The notes under the pieces are model-generated. The model had not been told where the DNA came from. It saw nothing but the letters and a program-made list of their open reading frames with translations, and searched no databases. From positions 62,001 to 126,000 of the forward strand of contig MCFE01000107.1 in the NCBI GenBank assembly GCA_002104905.1: DNA of 64,000 nucleotides, written 5' to 3'. The DNA comes from Basidiobolus meristosporus CBS 931.73. Taxonomy: Eukaryota; Fungi; Basidiobolomycota. Below are positions 24,901 to 37,500 of this stretch, in pieces (positions within the stretch are counted from its first letter, which is position 1; the number at the start of each line of letters is the position of its first letter). Position numbers and translations under genes: made by a program.

Positions 24901-27080
24901 TTAGCCTAAAAGCTTCATCAATCTGGCAGCACCAAGTTCCCAAGTTTGCATTGATTCAACCATTATACCAGTTAACCTTCACACTAAAGTTACTGTTGAC
25001 AGGATTTTGCTGGCTGTGGCACATAATAGTCGATATTTGGTGCTGATGGCTGAGGTTTTGGAGTAACTGTTGCTACTGTGCCAGGATTTGGTGTATTGCA
25101 TACTTCCATTCTTGATAATCTGCCATCTTGAGTGACGCATCTTCTTGCTCCAGGGGGGAGGTTCCTTATTATTGCTGCTATCAATGTTACAGGTCTTGGC
25201 ATAAGAGTTGTAGAGGAATAGGGAGCTTACCAATATTGTATTGACTAAAACTTGAACTCATTTTTATTGAGGTCCCAGCAGCTCCTTACATATATTTTGC
25301 CAGATTACTATCTGACTGATTTTATTTCCTAATATAATTTGTGGCTGATGACTCATTTGATTGCATCACATTGCCTAACTAGATCATTCTTAAATAATCT
25401 ATCCATGTCTGATAATCATCTGTTGATTCATCTGTAGACTAATACTACTGGCTTGATATATAGCACTGATATACTGAAAGGCTAAATACAAAACTATTGG
25501 ATTTGACAAAAAACCAATAAACATAAATGTTCAAGCAGAAGACCATAGTAAATACACTGGAATGTAGACATTTGCAGTAGAGCTTTACAATATTTGTGCA
25601 AGTATGGACTATGAAGAAAAGATACCTTGTCTGCTTTGCAGTTTACCCAACAAGTAAGAGTCACTCATACTTTCTTTTGAATGCCAAGAAGAAATCTGAC
25701 CTTAGATTGTGTCAAAGGAAAACTTCTCCATGGAGAACTCAGACATAATGACCAAGTAGAAGAAACTGAAATAACGCTTTATTCAGCTCAGAAAGGCACA
25801 CAGTAAAGAAGCAAAAGCAACAGGAACAAAGAAAACCTGGTTGCTTCAGCTACTGTAAGAAGCCAGGACACCAGGCAGGTGAATGCAAGAAGAATTAAGC
25901 AGGCAAAAAACAGAAACAAGAGCAAGCAAGACATAAAACTGTAGATGAGCAGTTATTTGTAACCGTACAAGAGAGTGCAAGTAACAAAAGTAATGAATGG
26001 TACATTGACCCTTGAGCATCACAGCATATTTGCTGTATACACAAGTGGTTCAGTAACTTAAAGATTATTCCTTTAATAAAGGCTTCTCTGGGAGACTGCT
26101 GTGCATTGGAAGCTACTAACAGCAGGTCTGTGCATCTAGGAACAAGTGATATCTTGGGGGAACAACAAAAAAACTGACCAAAGTGCTCTATGTCTCATGA
26201 ATATAACAAATAGACTAATAGTCAAAATGGAATGATCTACAATATTTCAAAATGCAAAGTGCTAAATGTTTTAGCAGAATCTGTTGCTACCATGAAATAC
26301 AGTAAAAGTAGATGCCAAACAATAGCTCCAAGTGATTTCACAATGTCCAAAGCACATACAGGCAAAGATACAGATCTTTAGCACCTCACAATCCAGGTGA
26401 GTAGTGTTTCCTATCACATCACTTACAAAATATGCTCAAAGTTAGAATTAAAGTGCAAAAAGGGATCTTTATTGGGTATGTGAAGCTATTGAAGGGTATA
26501 GAGCACATAAAGGCAAAATTTAGACACCAATCAGAATAAACAATGTATTTGCAGAAAATCCAGATCATAGAGACATTGGATCATTGGCCAGCTACCTGAT
26601 GATGCAATGACTACTGATGAAGAAGATACCTTCATAATCTAGCCAGATACAGACAAAAGCACTTCCACTTCCAGATCAGGATAAGAAATGCCCCTAGCTT
26701 TTGACTGACACCCAATACCTATGAACAAGCTTAGCATGCCTTACAAGCCAGGCCTGAGAATCTAGAACAAGCAATGAAAAGTCAAGATGCTACTATGTTG
26801 GAGCCAGCCATGCAGGAAGATGGCCAATTACTGATAGTGGCAAAAACATGGAAATGGGTGGATTTAATAAATGGGATAAAGCCAATACAATGTGGATATG
26901 TCTACAAGATCAAAATAGCCTCAAATGGAACCACTAATAAGTGAAAAGCTACATTGGTGGCTAAAGGCTATTACTAATCCATGGACTAAACATTCATGAG
27001 ATATTTGCTCCAGTAACTGAGTTTAACTCCATTAGCAGGGCTCTGGCCTGGCAGTTGTACTCAATCTAGAAACTGTTGAA
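21945..27080 (+). mobile_element. Degenerate copia A (LTR to 22294, PBS 22295-22306, gag to ~22505; resumes 25551-27080), interrupted by gypsy
   Basis: aaca|GGTTATGAGCCCC, then gag homologous to 34593; deleted gag-pol remnants follow the gypsy LTR. Confidence 0.78.
22510..25550 (-). mobile_element. Degenerate Ty3/gypsy with 5' LTR 25185-25550; gag, protease, RT, integrase with internal deletions
   Basis: Integrase relic 22807-23160, protease 23998-24192; LTR homologous to 32479-32846. Confidence 0.88.
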
Positions 27081-27089
27081 AATCACACC

Positions 27090-29320
27090 TCTGATTTTAC
27101 ACAAGCTTAGTCCAGATTTTTCATCAAACTGATATATAGGTGATTTTTGGGTAGTTCTCTTCCAATTCACTCACTTTCTGACTCAGAACACTGAACACCT
27201 CCTATATCTGTGTACATTGACTGGCTATTGCCTCTTTTTCACACCTCTTACTTCCTGACTCTACCAGTGCTCTTACATTTCATGAATACAAATTGGCTTT
27301 TATGTGTCGTAACCTCAGATGTAACTCAATGGCACATTGTACAAGCTTATATAGGTCCCATAGCAAACCCGGTAAGTATTATTCCTAACAACATTACATC
27401 AGACACTTTTGATTGATATTCTGCCAAATATCTCATTTTTTAATCCCTGACGCTTAAACACCTCTTACATTTGTGTATGCCAATTAGCTATTACCTCTTC
27501 TCACCTCCTTAATTTCTGACTCCAATAATGCTGTTACTTCTTGAAGTGTTTTATTTCCTTGGAGTCTTTAGTTGTGACTTGGTTATGAATTCTACTGACT
27601 TATATAAAATCCTGTAGCTAATACTGACTTTGCACTCTACCTCACACCCAACTGGTGGCTCTATTCATATCCACCATTCAGTTAGTATTTCTGACAAAAC
27701 ACCCTCTCTCAATGACATCAGTTGGATCTCAAATGGCTTTATCCCATTGTTCATTCATTGCTTCCCATATATCATGGTATTCAGGTAGCAATGCATGGAG
27801 GGCCCCTAATCTGTCAGTATTTCATTAAATCCCTGCAAAATTTAAGCATGTTTTCCTGAGACCTGCTCTTGGAGAAGTGCCACAATCTTTTGCTGTGCCT
27901 TCTATTGCCAGAATACCACATTAAGCAATGCAATGATGCTTCAAGCTCTTGATGTTGTTACTTTGTCTGTTGGTTTAATTTCCTAACTGTCTGACATGGA
28001 TGAAGTGGAGGCTGTTGTAAAGAAATTGCCTTTCTCTGCTAGCTCAACTACTATGCCAAAGTGTAGCTCAATAGGCTGAATATTGAACTCTCAGGAAAAG
28101 ATGTATTTTCTTGTTTGTAGTTCTTCTAGGCTAAAATGAGATTCAGCCTGATGTAGGCTTATGGTGTAAATTGACAAGAACTGCAGCTTTTCTTATCTCT
28201 GGCTTTGGTACACTTTTATTCATTTGCCTTTTGCTTCACAACTGCCCAGTCTTTCACTGCTATTCTGTCTGAGTGCAAATTCTGCAAACTACATTTTCTT
28301 CTTAATACATCCTGCGCTAGTGTGCTTGTGTCTGCATGCTTGTTCCTTGCCAACACTCTTCTGGCAACCTGATGTCTGAATACAGCTTGTTTAGAGCCTT
28401 CCAATCTAGTTGCAAAGGGGTGCTGATGAAGCTACTGACTTTGTCAGTGACAGATCCATCACTGGTAATTTGACTGTGGGCTTCCTAATATGGGATTATG
28501 GTTTTCCCTAATATGTCTGACTGGTGCATTTGTACTTGGCTGCTTGTCCCTCATTGGTACTCTTCCAGCTACCTGATTTTCCTTGATATTTGTTGAGAGC
28601 TGTTGACCCTGCTTGTAATAGGCTCTTAAGGAAGCAACTGCTTTTTAGCCACAGGGCCCTTAGTCTTCTGGCTTTGATTTTTCTTCTTTTTATGGGATAC
28701 TTTGTTGGCATAAGATTTCTGGCCCAAAACCATTTACTTCTTTGAGGGCAGGGTAATGCTCATTAAACAGGTCAAGCCTTTTCTGCTTAGCCTTGAGTTC
28801 CTGATGGTCCAATGGCATGATGGCCTTAAGGTGACTACATGGTAGACTTCTTACAGCCTCTTGAAAATTAGCCCATTATTCACCTTTACCCCTGACAGCT
28901 TCATAGATCTTCAGTGTCATTTAATGTATAGGCTTTGGTATCAGCACCATAGTCTCTCCCACCCATGCGGTGATGTGTTTTTCTGTATTCTTCATCTTTG
29001 GGAGCTGTTGTTGGGCTTTAAAGACTCTATGGTGTTCTTCTGCTGTTACAATGGGAAATGTCTCAATCCTTGGCTGCAGCATTAAGTTACTGAAGTTTCT
29101 TTGTTGCAACAAAGACAAAGTGTATTCTTCCATGGATATTGATTGCACTTCACAAACCATTTGCTCATCCTACTGCTGGACTACTTGATGATCTCTCTGG
29201 GTCATTGTATTTATTTTATCAGCCACTGGAACTTATTGCCTCACTAATGATTTGGTCTGAGCTGACAGCACACTTGCTAATATAGGCAGTGGCATTGTTG
29301 TAATGGCCACTTGCTGGCCT
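27090..29320 (-). repeat. ORF-X repeat, longest contiguous copy
   Basis: IETFPIVTAEEHHRVFKAQQQ (28921-29160); HSKRLWHFSKSRSQENMLKF (~27830-27920); VQCAIELHL..NVRALVESG..KEAIASQCTQI (~27210-27350). Confidence 0.78.
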
Positions 29321-29321
29321 C

Positions 29322-29450
29322 TGTTGAGTTGTATTATGATTAGCTTAGGGGCTTATTCTACAATGTAGAGGTTGATCAGCAATATACATCAACTCTTGGT
29401 ATAAAAATACTGAAAGAGTTATTTGGGAGTGGTTATACCAATAGAAGATA
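29322..29450. repeat. Terminal fragment of an L1 LTR in the opposite orientation to the other copies
   Basis: Reverse complement matches the last ~130 bp of L1c. Confidence 0.7.
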
Positions 29451-29454
29451 AAGC

Positions 29455-32400
29455 TGTTGCAATAAGAGGTGATTTAAATATAAGGAGCTTATGCAGAAGT
29501 GGTGATATCAGTTAAACTGATGTTTATTAATACACTAGCCCCATATTTATATCTCTGTAGAAGTAATGCAACTGGAACACTAAATTAGGAGAGTTTTCCA
29601 ACATTCAGGAGCATACTGTCACTGTTTCACTGCTAATATACAATATTTGGTAAAGTGCTAATTGGATCCTGACTATAGGGAAATAATCATAATAGTATAG
29701 ATCTAAAAAAAAGTAGCAGAGTTAAGGCTGCAATTGAGTCTTAGACCAAGACTAGTCCAGGGTTGTTTGTAGATTTTTAGCTGCTGATATGAGACTAAGT
29801 AGTACAATATCTCAGCATTCTCCCTTAACCAAATGGTTTCTTGGTCCTAATATCTCCCTGAGATTTCAATTTGTGGCATAGCTAGTTGGTTTGTGAATAT
29901 ATCTACCACCATTTTGTCAGTTTGGCAATAAACTAGCTTTACTAAGCTATTCTCTACCACTTCTCTCACAATGTGCTGTTGTATATATATAAGCTTAGTT
30001 CTGACTTGATTAGCTGGATTGCTAGCCAATGAGATACAGCTTTCATAATCATTGTAAATACATGTTAGCTCATCTGATTTAAAAATTATTTTTGTAGCCA
30101 TATAGTTTCCTTAGCTGCCTGACAAGCAGCCTATATACTATGCCTTAGTTGTAGAGTGTGCCATTGCCGGTTGTTTCATAAAATCCAGGTGATAGCTGCA
30201 CCAGCATATAAAAATACAAACCCAGTGATCAAACAACTGTCAATTAGATCGCTACTACAGTCTGAATCACTATAGCCATCAAAGGTTGCCTATTTATTGC
30301 TCCAGAATATTCCAGTACCATATTTGTGGCTCCATGTTAATATCTAAAATCTGCTTAACTGCTGTAATTTGATTTGACTATAGTTTTGCCTATATAGATT
30401 GAATATTGCCACTGCCACTGAGTTATATGAATGTGTAGACACCACCATGTACATCAGGCTACCCACCATGGACTGATAGGGAATGATTTAGTCCATATTT
30501 GGGCTGTTTTCACCAAAATCTGGCTGAGATTTGCTCAACTTCAGGTTATTGTCCATGGGGGTTGCTGCAGGCTTGCAAATTTCCATTTTGAAGCGTCTAG
30601 GAATATAACTGATGTACTTAGACTGATTTGGTTCAGTTTCTGCTCAGGTATGTCAAGTTTGACTTCAATTCCACATAAACAGCACAACTTTGCAAGACCT
30701 CTGTTCAAAAAATTGCTGAAGAGAGATGATTTTGTCTGTCTAGGTCCCCCCTGATCACTTGAAGCTGTTATTAGGTCATCCACATAAAGAACTAGGCTGA
30801 GCACTACCCTTTTCAGCCATCTTCAAATATGCCACAATCTGCAGTGCTACAGATGAACCAATTCTCCTCTAAATATGTTTCAATCTTGTTTACCATGCTC
30901 TAGATGCCTGTTGAAGTCAATACAGCAATTTTCTGAGTCTGCACACCCTATAGGAGCCTTCTGGGTTAGTAAGACCTTTTGGCTGAACCATACATATAAT
31001 TTCTTGTCAATCCCTATTTTGGAAGGCTATTTAACAATCATTAGTTGCAGATCTAAACTGTGTATAGCCACCAGGGCTAGAACTGTGCTTATGAAGTTGA
31101 ACTTGGCAACTGGAGCAAATGTTTCCTAAAAGTCTAGTCCCTAGGTCTGGGAATAGCCTTTAGCCACCAATCCAGCCTTGTCCCTATCAATGGTATCACT
31201 TGAGGTTATCTTGATATTATATCCCCATCTGCATCCTGTTGGCTTTCTCCTGCTTGGTAAATTTACCAGTTCTCACATTTTTCCCTTGATCAGTAATTGG
31301 TACTTACTCATCAGGCAGCTGGCCAATGATTTTAATTGCTTGCTGATCTGAATTCTCCTCAAATACAATGTCCCTGCTTCTGATCAGCTTCTGAGTTTTG
31401 CCATCATAGACTCCATACCTATTAGCATCCTCACTATACCTAAGAAAGATCCCTTTTCTACTCTTTGGTTCAGACTTTGAGCATTTTCTGTCAGAGATAT
31501 GATGAAAAACATCACAGCCAAAAAATACCAAGGTGCTTGAGGCCCGGTTTGTTTCCTCTATATGCTTCAATGGGTGTCAAATCATGTAGTAATGTTGTTG
31601 GGCATCTATTCCTGGTGTATACTATGATAGCCAGTACTCTGCAAACTCCTTAGAGCAGTATTCCCCTCCATAATCACTTCAAGGTACCTTCAGTTTACAT
31701 CAAGTTTGTGTTTTTGCTATGCTCTTGAAATAATTGAGCATCTCTAGTGCCTCCTCCTTTTTCTTCAGGAAGTACACACATGTATATCTTGTCTTGTCAT
31801 CAATAAATGTCATAAAACACCTCTTGGCTTCAATGGGGAGTGTTCTTATTGGCCCACAAATGTCTGAGAGCACTATAGGCAGTATTTTTGTTGTACAAAC
31901 TCCTCTTGAGCTCCTGAATGTTGCCCAGCTTGTTTGCCATATGAACATCCATCACAGACACTCACTTTGATTAGAATTTGGGTAGTTTAGGCCCAAAACA
32001 AGCTGATTTTTCATCAATTGGTTTGTTTACTGGTACACAATGTGTCCTAGCCTCCTATGCTACATCATCCAGTTAGTTTGATCAGCTTTGGCAATGCTAG
32101 GATACTCAGGTACAATAGTCTTTCATTGTAACTTGTTTATATTGTGAGCTCTAATTCCTAAAGCTAACATTTGTCCATTTTCACTTGTATTGGACAGCTT
32201 AGCCTAGTAAAAACAAATTTCAAACCCTGAGTGGTTGCATTAGTGGATGAGAGTAGGTCCTCAGCTATTTCAGACACATATATTATAGTGGTACGTTTTG
32301 CTGCTGTTGCCCCTGAGATATCACACATACTTAGCTGTATAGACACACTAGTGGTAGCTTTCAGTGCAGAGTTATTTCCAAGATAAGCCTTTCTTATGGA

Positions 32401-32478
32401 AATAGTCCTTGTGTTGCTGAACCACTCCTTTATACCACAAATATGTCATGATGCTCCAGAGTTAATATATCATTCATT
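29455..32478 (-). mobile_element. Degenerate copia A (3' LTR 29455-29817, RNase H, RT, integrase, protease)
   Basis: ORF fragments VLYVDDLI (30541-30804), SDICGP..FIDDKTRYT (31700-31948), KSEPKSRKGIFL (31304-31570). Confidence 0.9.
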
Positions 32479-34187
32479 TGTTACAAGTCTTGGTACAAGA
32501 GTTGTAGAGGAATAGGGAGTTTAGCTAGTATTGAATTCACTAAAACTAAAACTGATTTTTATTGAGGTTCCAGCAGCTCCTTATATACATTTTGCCAGAT
32601 CAATTGCTGACTAATTGTATTTCCTAATGTAGGTTGTGGCTGATGACTCATTTGATTGCATCATCATCACCCAATAAGATGCTGCTTAATGTATCTACTT
32701 CTGTTTGATGAAGATCAGCTGATACATTTGCTGACTAATGCTACTGATTTCATACATAATACTGATATACTGATAACCCCAACATATACTAATTGATTTG
32801 ACTAAAAACTGATCTAACTTAGACATTCAAGCGGCAGATCATAACATTCTCCCCTACTAAAGTTGAGAGGGTTCTCCTGAATCTCTTTTCTTGTGATACC
32901 AATATCTTGATGGTTCAGTATTATCAGCAAGTCTTGCAAGCTTGAGTCTGTCCCTATGTACTAAGTCTTCCCGGATATTGCCTTGTTTGTCCACCAGTTG
33001 GTAAGTTGCAAATGGACATTCTCTGGTGATCTTGAATGGTCCTGTCCATTGTGGCTCACTTCTTCCAAGTGTTGTTTCTTAGCAATACAAAGTTCCCAAC
33101 TATCAATGCTTCTGTTGCTATAGTCTTATCAAATCTCTGCTTCATCTTTTCTGCACTTTGAGATACCTTGGTCTGTGCCTCTTGACGTTTTTGTTCTAGT
33201 TGCTGGTGCCTACTTGGCTGACTGAGTTCATCTTCTAAGGTGTCTGTAAGCTTTGGTTGTGTGAGATCTCCTGGAATCCTAGGTTCACATCCATACACTG
33301 AGTAAAATGGTGATTGCTGGGTGGTTTTGTGTACTCTGACTCTGCATGCAAAGAGTGCTTGGTCTATATACTCATCCCATCTACTGACATCTCCATTTGC
33401 ATACTTGGTGAGCATTTTTCCAAATAATCCATTAAACTGCTCAGTGACTCCATTAGTTCTGGGGTGATATGCCCAGGTTTTCAAGTGTCTGATCTGATGC
33501 ATTTCCAGGTAAGCCTCTAATGGTTTCGCCATAAAGTTTGCTCCTCTATCAGATAAGATCTCCACAGGGCATCCAAACTTCATCAGGATCTCATGGTAAA
33601 TGAAACTTGCAACTTCTTGTTCACTGGCTATTGGTAGAGCTTTAGCAACTGGCCATTAAGTGGCATGGTCAATTGCTACTAGGATCCAACGGTTTCATTT
33701 CCTGGTAGTTGGCAGTCTTCCAATAAAGTCAATTCCCCATCTATCAAATGGTCTTACAGGCTCCAAAGGGAAGAGTTGGGCAATTCTTTGTGGCTGGCCT
33801 TGATTGATTTGGCAGTTTGGGCATGTTTTCACTAGCTTCTCAATATCTTGTTTCATTCTGAGCCACCATGCACTGGCTTTCACAAGGCTATAGGTTCCTT
33901 CAATCCCAAAATGTCCATATCCATTGTGTAGCTTATGTATTAAATCCAGGCAAGAAACATCAATAGGCAATAGGGCTTCCATCAACAATTTGGTAGTGTT
34001 TCATCCTGTACTACAAATTTGCTGGCTTCATCATGGATTATCTTCTTGATATCTTCATCCACCTCATTAGGAATGGCTTGGTCCTCCAAGTACTTTGGTA
34101 ATAGGCTAGGCCAATCTGATTCATGCACCAAGTTGAGTTGTGCAACTTGTTCCAACCCTGATAAGGCGTCAGCAACCGTGTTGTTTT
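32479..34187 (-). mobile_element. 3' part of a Ty3/gypsy: integrase, PPT 32847-32856, 3' LTR 32479-32846; no chromodomain
   Basis: NNTVADALS; HHCC (H..GH..C..C); WGIDFIG; SDRGANF; YHPRTNG..E; GPF module ending just before PPT TAGGGGAGAA and the LTR TGTTATGATC...GTAACA. Confidence 0.93.
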
Positions 34188-34457
34188 TGTTGAAATATTG
34201 GACTATTTGGTATCATTCAGCAGCTAAAAATTTACTTAACAATTCTAGGCTAGTCTTAGTCACTGTAGGACTCATTTACTGCCTTAACTTCGCCACTTTC
34301 TCCAGATATATGACCTTATGATTATTCCCCTATAGTCAGGATCAAATTAGCACTATTACCAAACATTATGTACTAACCCTGAAACTGTTACAGAATGCTC
34401 CTGAATATTGAGAAACCCTCCCTACTTAGTGTTACAGCTGTATTACTTCTACAAAGG

Positions 34458-34486
34458 TATAAATACTGAGCTTCTTTATGAATAAA
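34458..34486 (+). promoter_or_regulatory. LTR TATA box (TATAAATA 34458-34465) and AATAAA (34481-34486)
   Basis: Same arrangement and spacing in the family B LTR (53442-53449, 53464-53469). Confidence 0.6.
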
Positions 34487-34556
34487 CAACAGTTCAACTA
34501 TTATCACTATTTCTTGATAAGTTCCTTACATCCAAATCACTTCTTAAATTGCTACA

Positions 34557-34568
34557 GGTTATGAGCCC
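34557..34568 (+). promoter_or_regulatory. Primer-binding site GGTTATGAGCCC (family A)
   Basis: Immediately after the 5' LTR; complementary to the anticodon arm of initiator tRNA-Met. Confidence 0.88.
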
Positions 34569-34592
34569 CGATTGCCTTAATCTATTCTAAAG

Positions 34593-37500
34593 ATGACTTC
34601 TACCAGCAAACAAAGCAATACCAACATCTTCCCTGTAAAGGAGAGGTTTGATAGGAAGAACTACAGACCTTGGAGAATCAAGATGCAGATCCACCTTGAG
34701 GAAAGAAAGCTCTGGAACATAGTAACAGGAAAGGAAGTTGAGCCCAAAGGAACAGCAGGAGATGTGGAGAAGTTTCAAGAGAAGGAGAGAAAGGCCTTCA
34801 ATGCAATATGCATCAATGTGCAAGACTCCTTCATTGGACAAGTCCATGCCTCAAATAATGCCAAAGCAGCATGGGAATCCTTAGAGAAGATCTTTAGAGC
34901 AAAGTCAGTATCAAGCAAGCTTTATTTGAAACAAAAGTTCTTCAACATGAGAAAAAAGCCAGATGATGACATGCTACAACTCATTACCAGAATGGAGACA
35001 CTTGCAGAAGAACTTTACAGCATTAATGCTGGTGTAGATGATGAAGAAAAGATACTCTGTCTGCTTTGCAGCCTACCAGACAAGTATGAGCCACTCATAC
35101 TTTCTTTTAAAAGCAGAGAAGACAACTTGACTTTAGACTATGTCAAAGAAAGACTTCTCCATGAAGAACTCAGACGTAATGATCAAGCAGAGAAAATTGA
35201 AGATAATGCTTTATTCAGTTCAGAAAGGCATACAGAAAAGAAGGGAAAGCAACAAAACCGAAGAAAACCTGGCTGCTGTAACTACTGTAAGAAGCCAGGA
35301 CACTGGGCAAGAGAATGCAAGAAGAAACAAGCAGACAAAAAACAGAAACTAGAGCAGGCAAACCATATAACTACTGATGAACAGTTATTTGTCACTGTAC
35401 AAGAGAGTGCAAGTAACCAAAGTAATGAATGGTATATTGACTCTGGAGCATCACAGCATATTTGTGGTATAAAGGATTGGTTCAGCAACTTAAAGACTAT
35501 TCCCGTAAGAAAGGTTTATCTGGGAGATAACTCTGCATTGGAAGCTACCGCTAGTGGGTCTATACAACTAAATATGAGTGATAACTCAGGGGCAACAACA
35601 GCAAAACTGACTGACGTACTCTATGTACCTGGAATAGCTAAGAACCTACTCTCAGTGGGTAAAGCAACTACTCAGGGACTGAAATTTGTTTTTACTAAGC
35701 TGAGCTGCTCAATATTGAGTGAAAATGGACAAAAATTAGCTTTGGGAATCAGAGATCACAATATATACAAGTTACAATACAAGATCATTGTACCTGAGTA
35801 TGTCAACATTGCTGAAACTGATGAAACCAACTGGGAGACGTGGCATAGGAGGCTAGGACACATAGGGGAACAGAAAATGAGCCAATTGGTGAAAAATCAG
35901 CTTGTTTTGGGCCTAAAATACTCAATTCCAATCAAATTGAATGTTTGTAAGGGATGTTCATATGGAAAACAAGCTAGGCAACGTTTCAAGAGCTCAGAAG
36001 GCATTAATACCACCGAAATATTGGCTATTGTACACTCAGACATATGTGGCCCCATGACAACACTGTCCTTTGGAGCCAAGAGATACTTTATGACGTTTAT
36101 TGATGACAAGACAAGATATACATGGGTGTACTTCCTCAAAACAAAGGATGAAGCTTTAGAGACGTTTAAGCACTTCAAGAACATGGCAGAAACACAAACT
36201 AGGTGTAAATTGGAGGTACCACAAAGTGACAATGGAGGAGAATACTGCTCAAAGGAGTTTGCAAAATACTGCTTGTCTACTGGTATACTTCAACAGACCA
36301 CAGTTCCTCATACTCCACAGCAAAATGGAGTAGCAGAACCTGCAAATAGAACAATAGTAGAGATGGCAAGATCTATCCTACATGATAAGGGAATGGACTA
36401 CAAGTTTTGGGCTGAATCTGTTGCTACCGCTGTATACATCAAGAACAGATGCCCAACAACAGCACTACGTGATTCTACACCCTTTGAAGCATATACAGGC
36501 AAAAAACCAGATCTCCAGCACCTCAGGATCTTTGGCAGTGATGTTTTTTATCACATCCCTGACAAAAAACGCTCAAAGTTGGAACCAAAGAGTAGAAAAG
36601 GGATCTTTCTTGGGTATTGTGAAGATACTAAAGGGTATAGAGTGTATGATGGCGAGATTCAGAAGCTGATCAAGAGCAGGGACGTTGTATTTGAGGAGAA
36701 TTCAGATCAGAAAGCCACAGAAATCATTGGCCAGCTGCCTGATGATGCAATCAACACAAATGAAGAAGATACATACCAAATCCAGCCAGAGATGGAAGAT
36801 ACTTCTACCAGTTCCAGATCAGAACAGATTATCCCAGTTAGGAGATCTACCAGAATAAGAAATGCCCCTGGATCCTGGTGGCAGACATCCAATGATCATG
36901 AAGAAGCTTATCTTGCCTTATGTGCCAAACCTCAGAATCTGGTACAGGCAATGCACGGTCCAGATGCTACTAGGTGGCAACAAGCCATGCAGGAGGAGTA
37001 CCAATCACTGATCAAGGCAAAAACGTGGGAACTGGTAGATTTACCAAATGGGAGAAAGCCAATAGGATGTAGATGGGTCTACAAGATCAAGATAACCTCA
37101 AATGGTGCCGTTGATAAGTACAAGGCTAGATTGGTAGCTAAAGGCTATTCCCAGATCCAGGGACTAGACTTTAAGGAAACATTTGCTCCGGTTGCCAAGT
37201 TTAACTCTATTAGGACAGTTCTAGCCCTGGCAGCTGTACACAGTCTAGATCTACACCAAATGGACGTCAAAACAGCCTTTCTAAATGGGGATTTGCAAGA
37301 AACTATATATATGGAGCAACCAGAAGGTTTTACCGATCCAAAAAGCCCCCATAAGGTGTGCAAACTTAGAAAATTGTTGTATGGGCTTAAGCAGGCACCC
37401 AGAGCATGGTATAACAAGATTGACACATATCTAGAGGAAATTGGGTTCTCTCGTAGCACTGCAGATCACAGTATATATGTGAAACAGCTCAAAAAGGGTG

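Noticed and set aside
32847-33060. Chromodomain at the gypsy integrase C-terminus
   Set aside because: The frame ends shortly after the GPF module, right before the PPT; no chromodomain motif.
35140-37459. Short overlapping or antisense ORFs in the ORF track (also 119-325, 604-1000, 55056-55358)
   Set aside because: Shadows of real coding frames with no recognisable domains.
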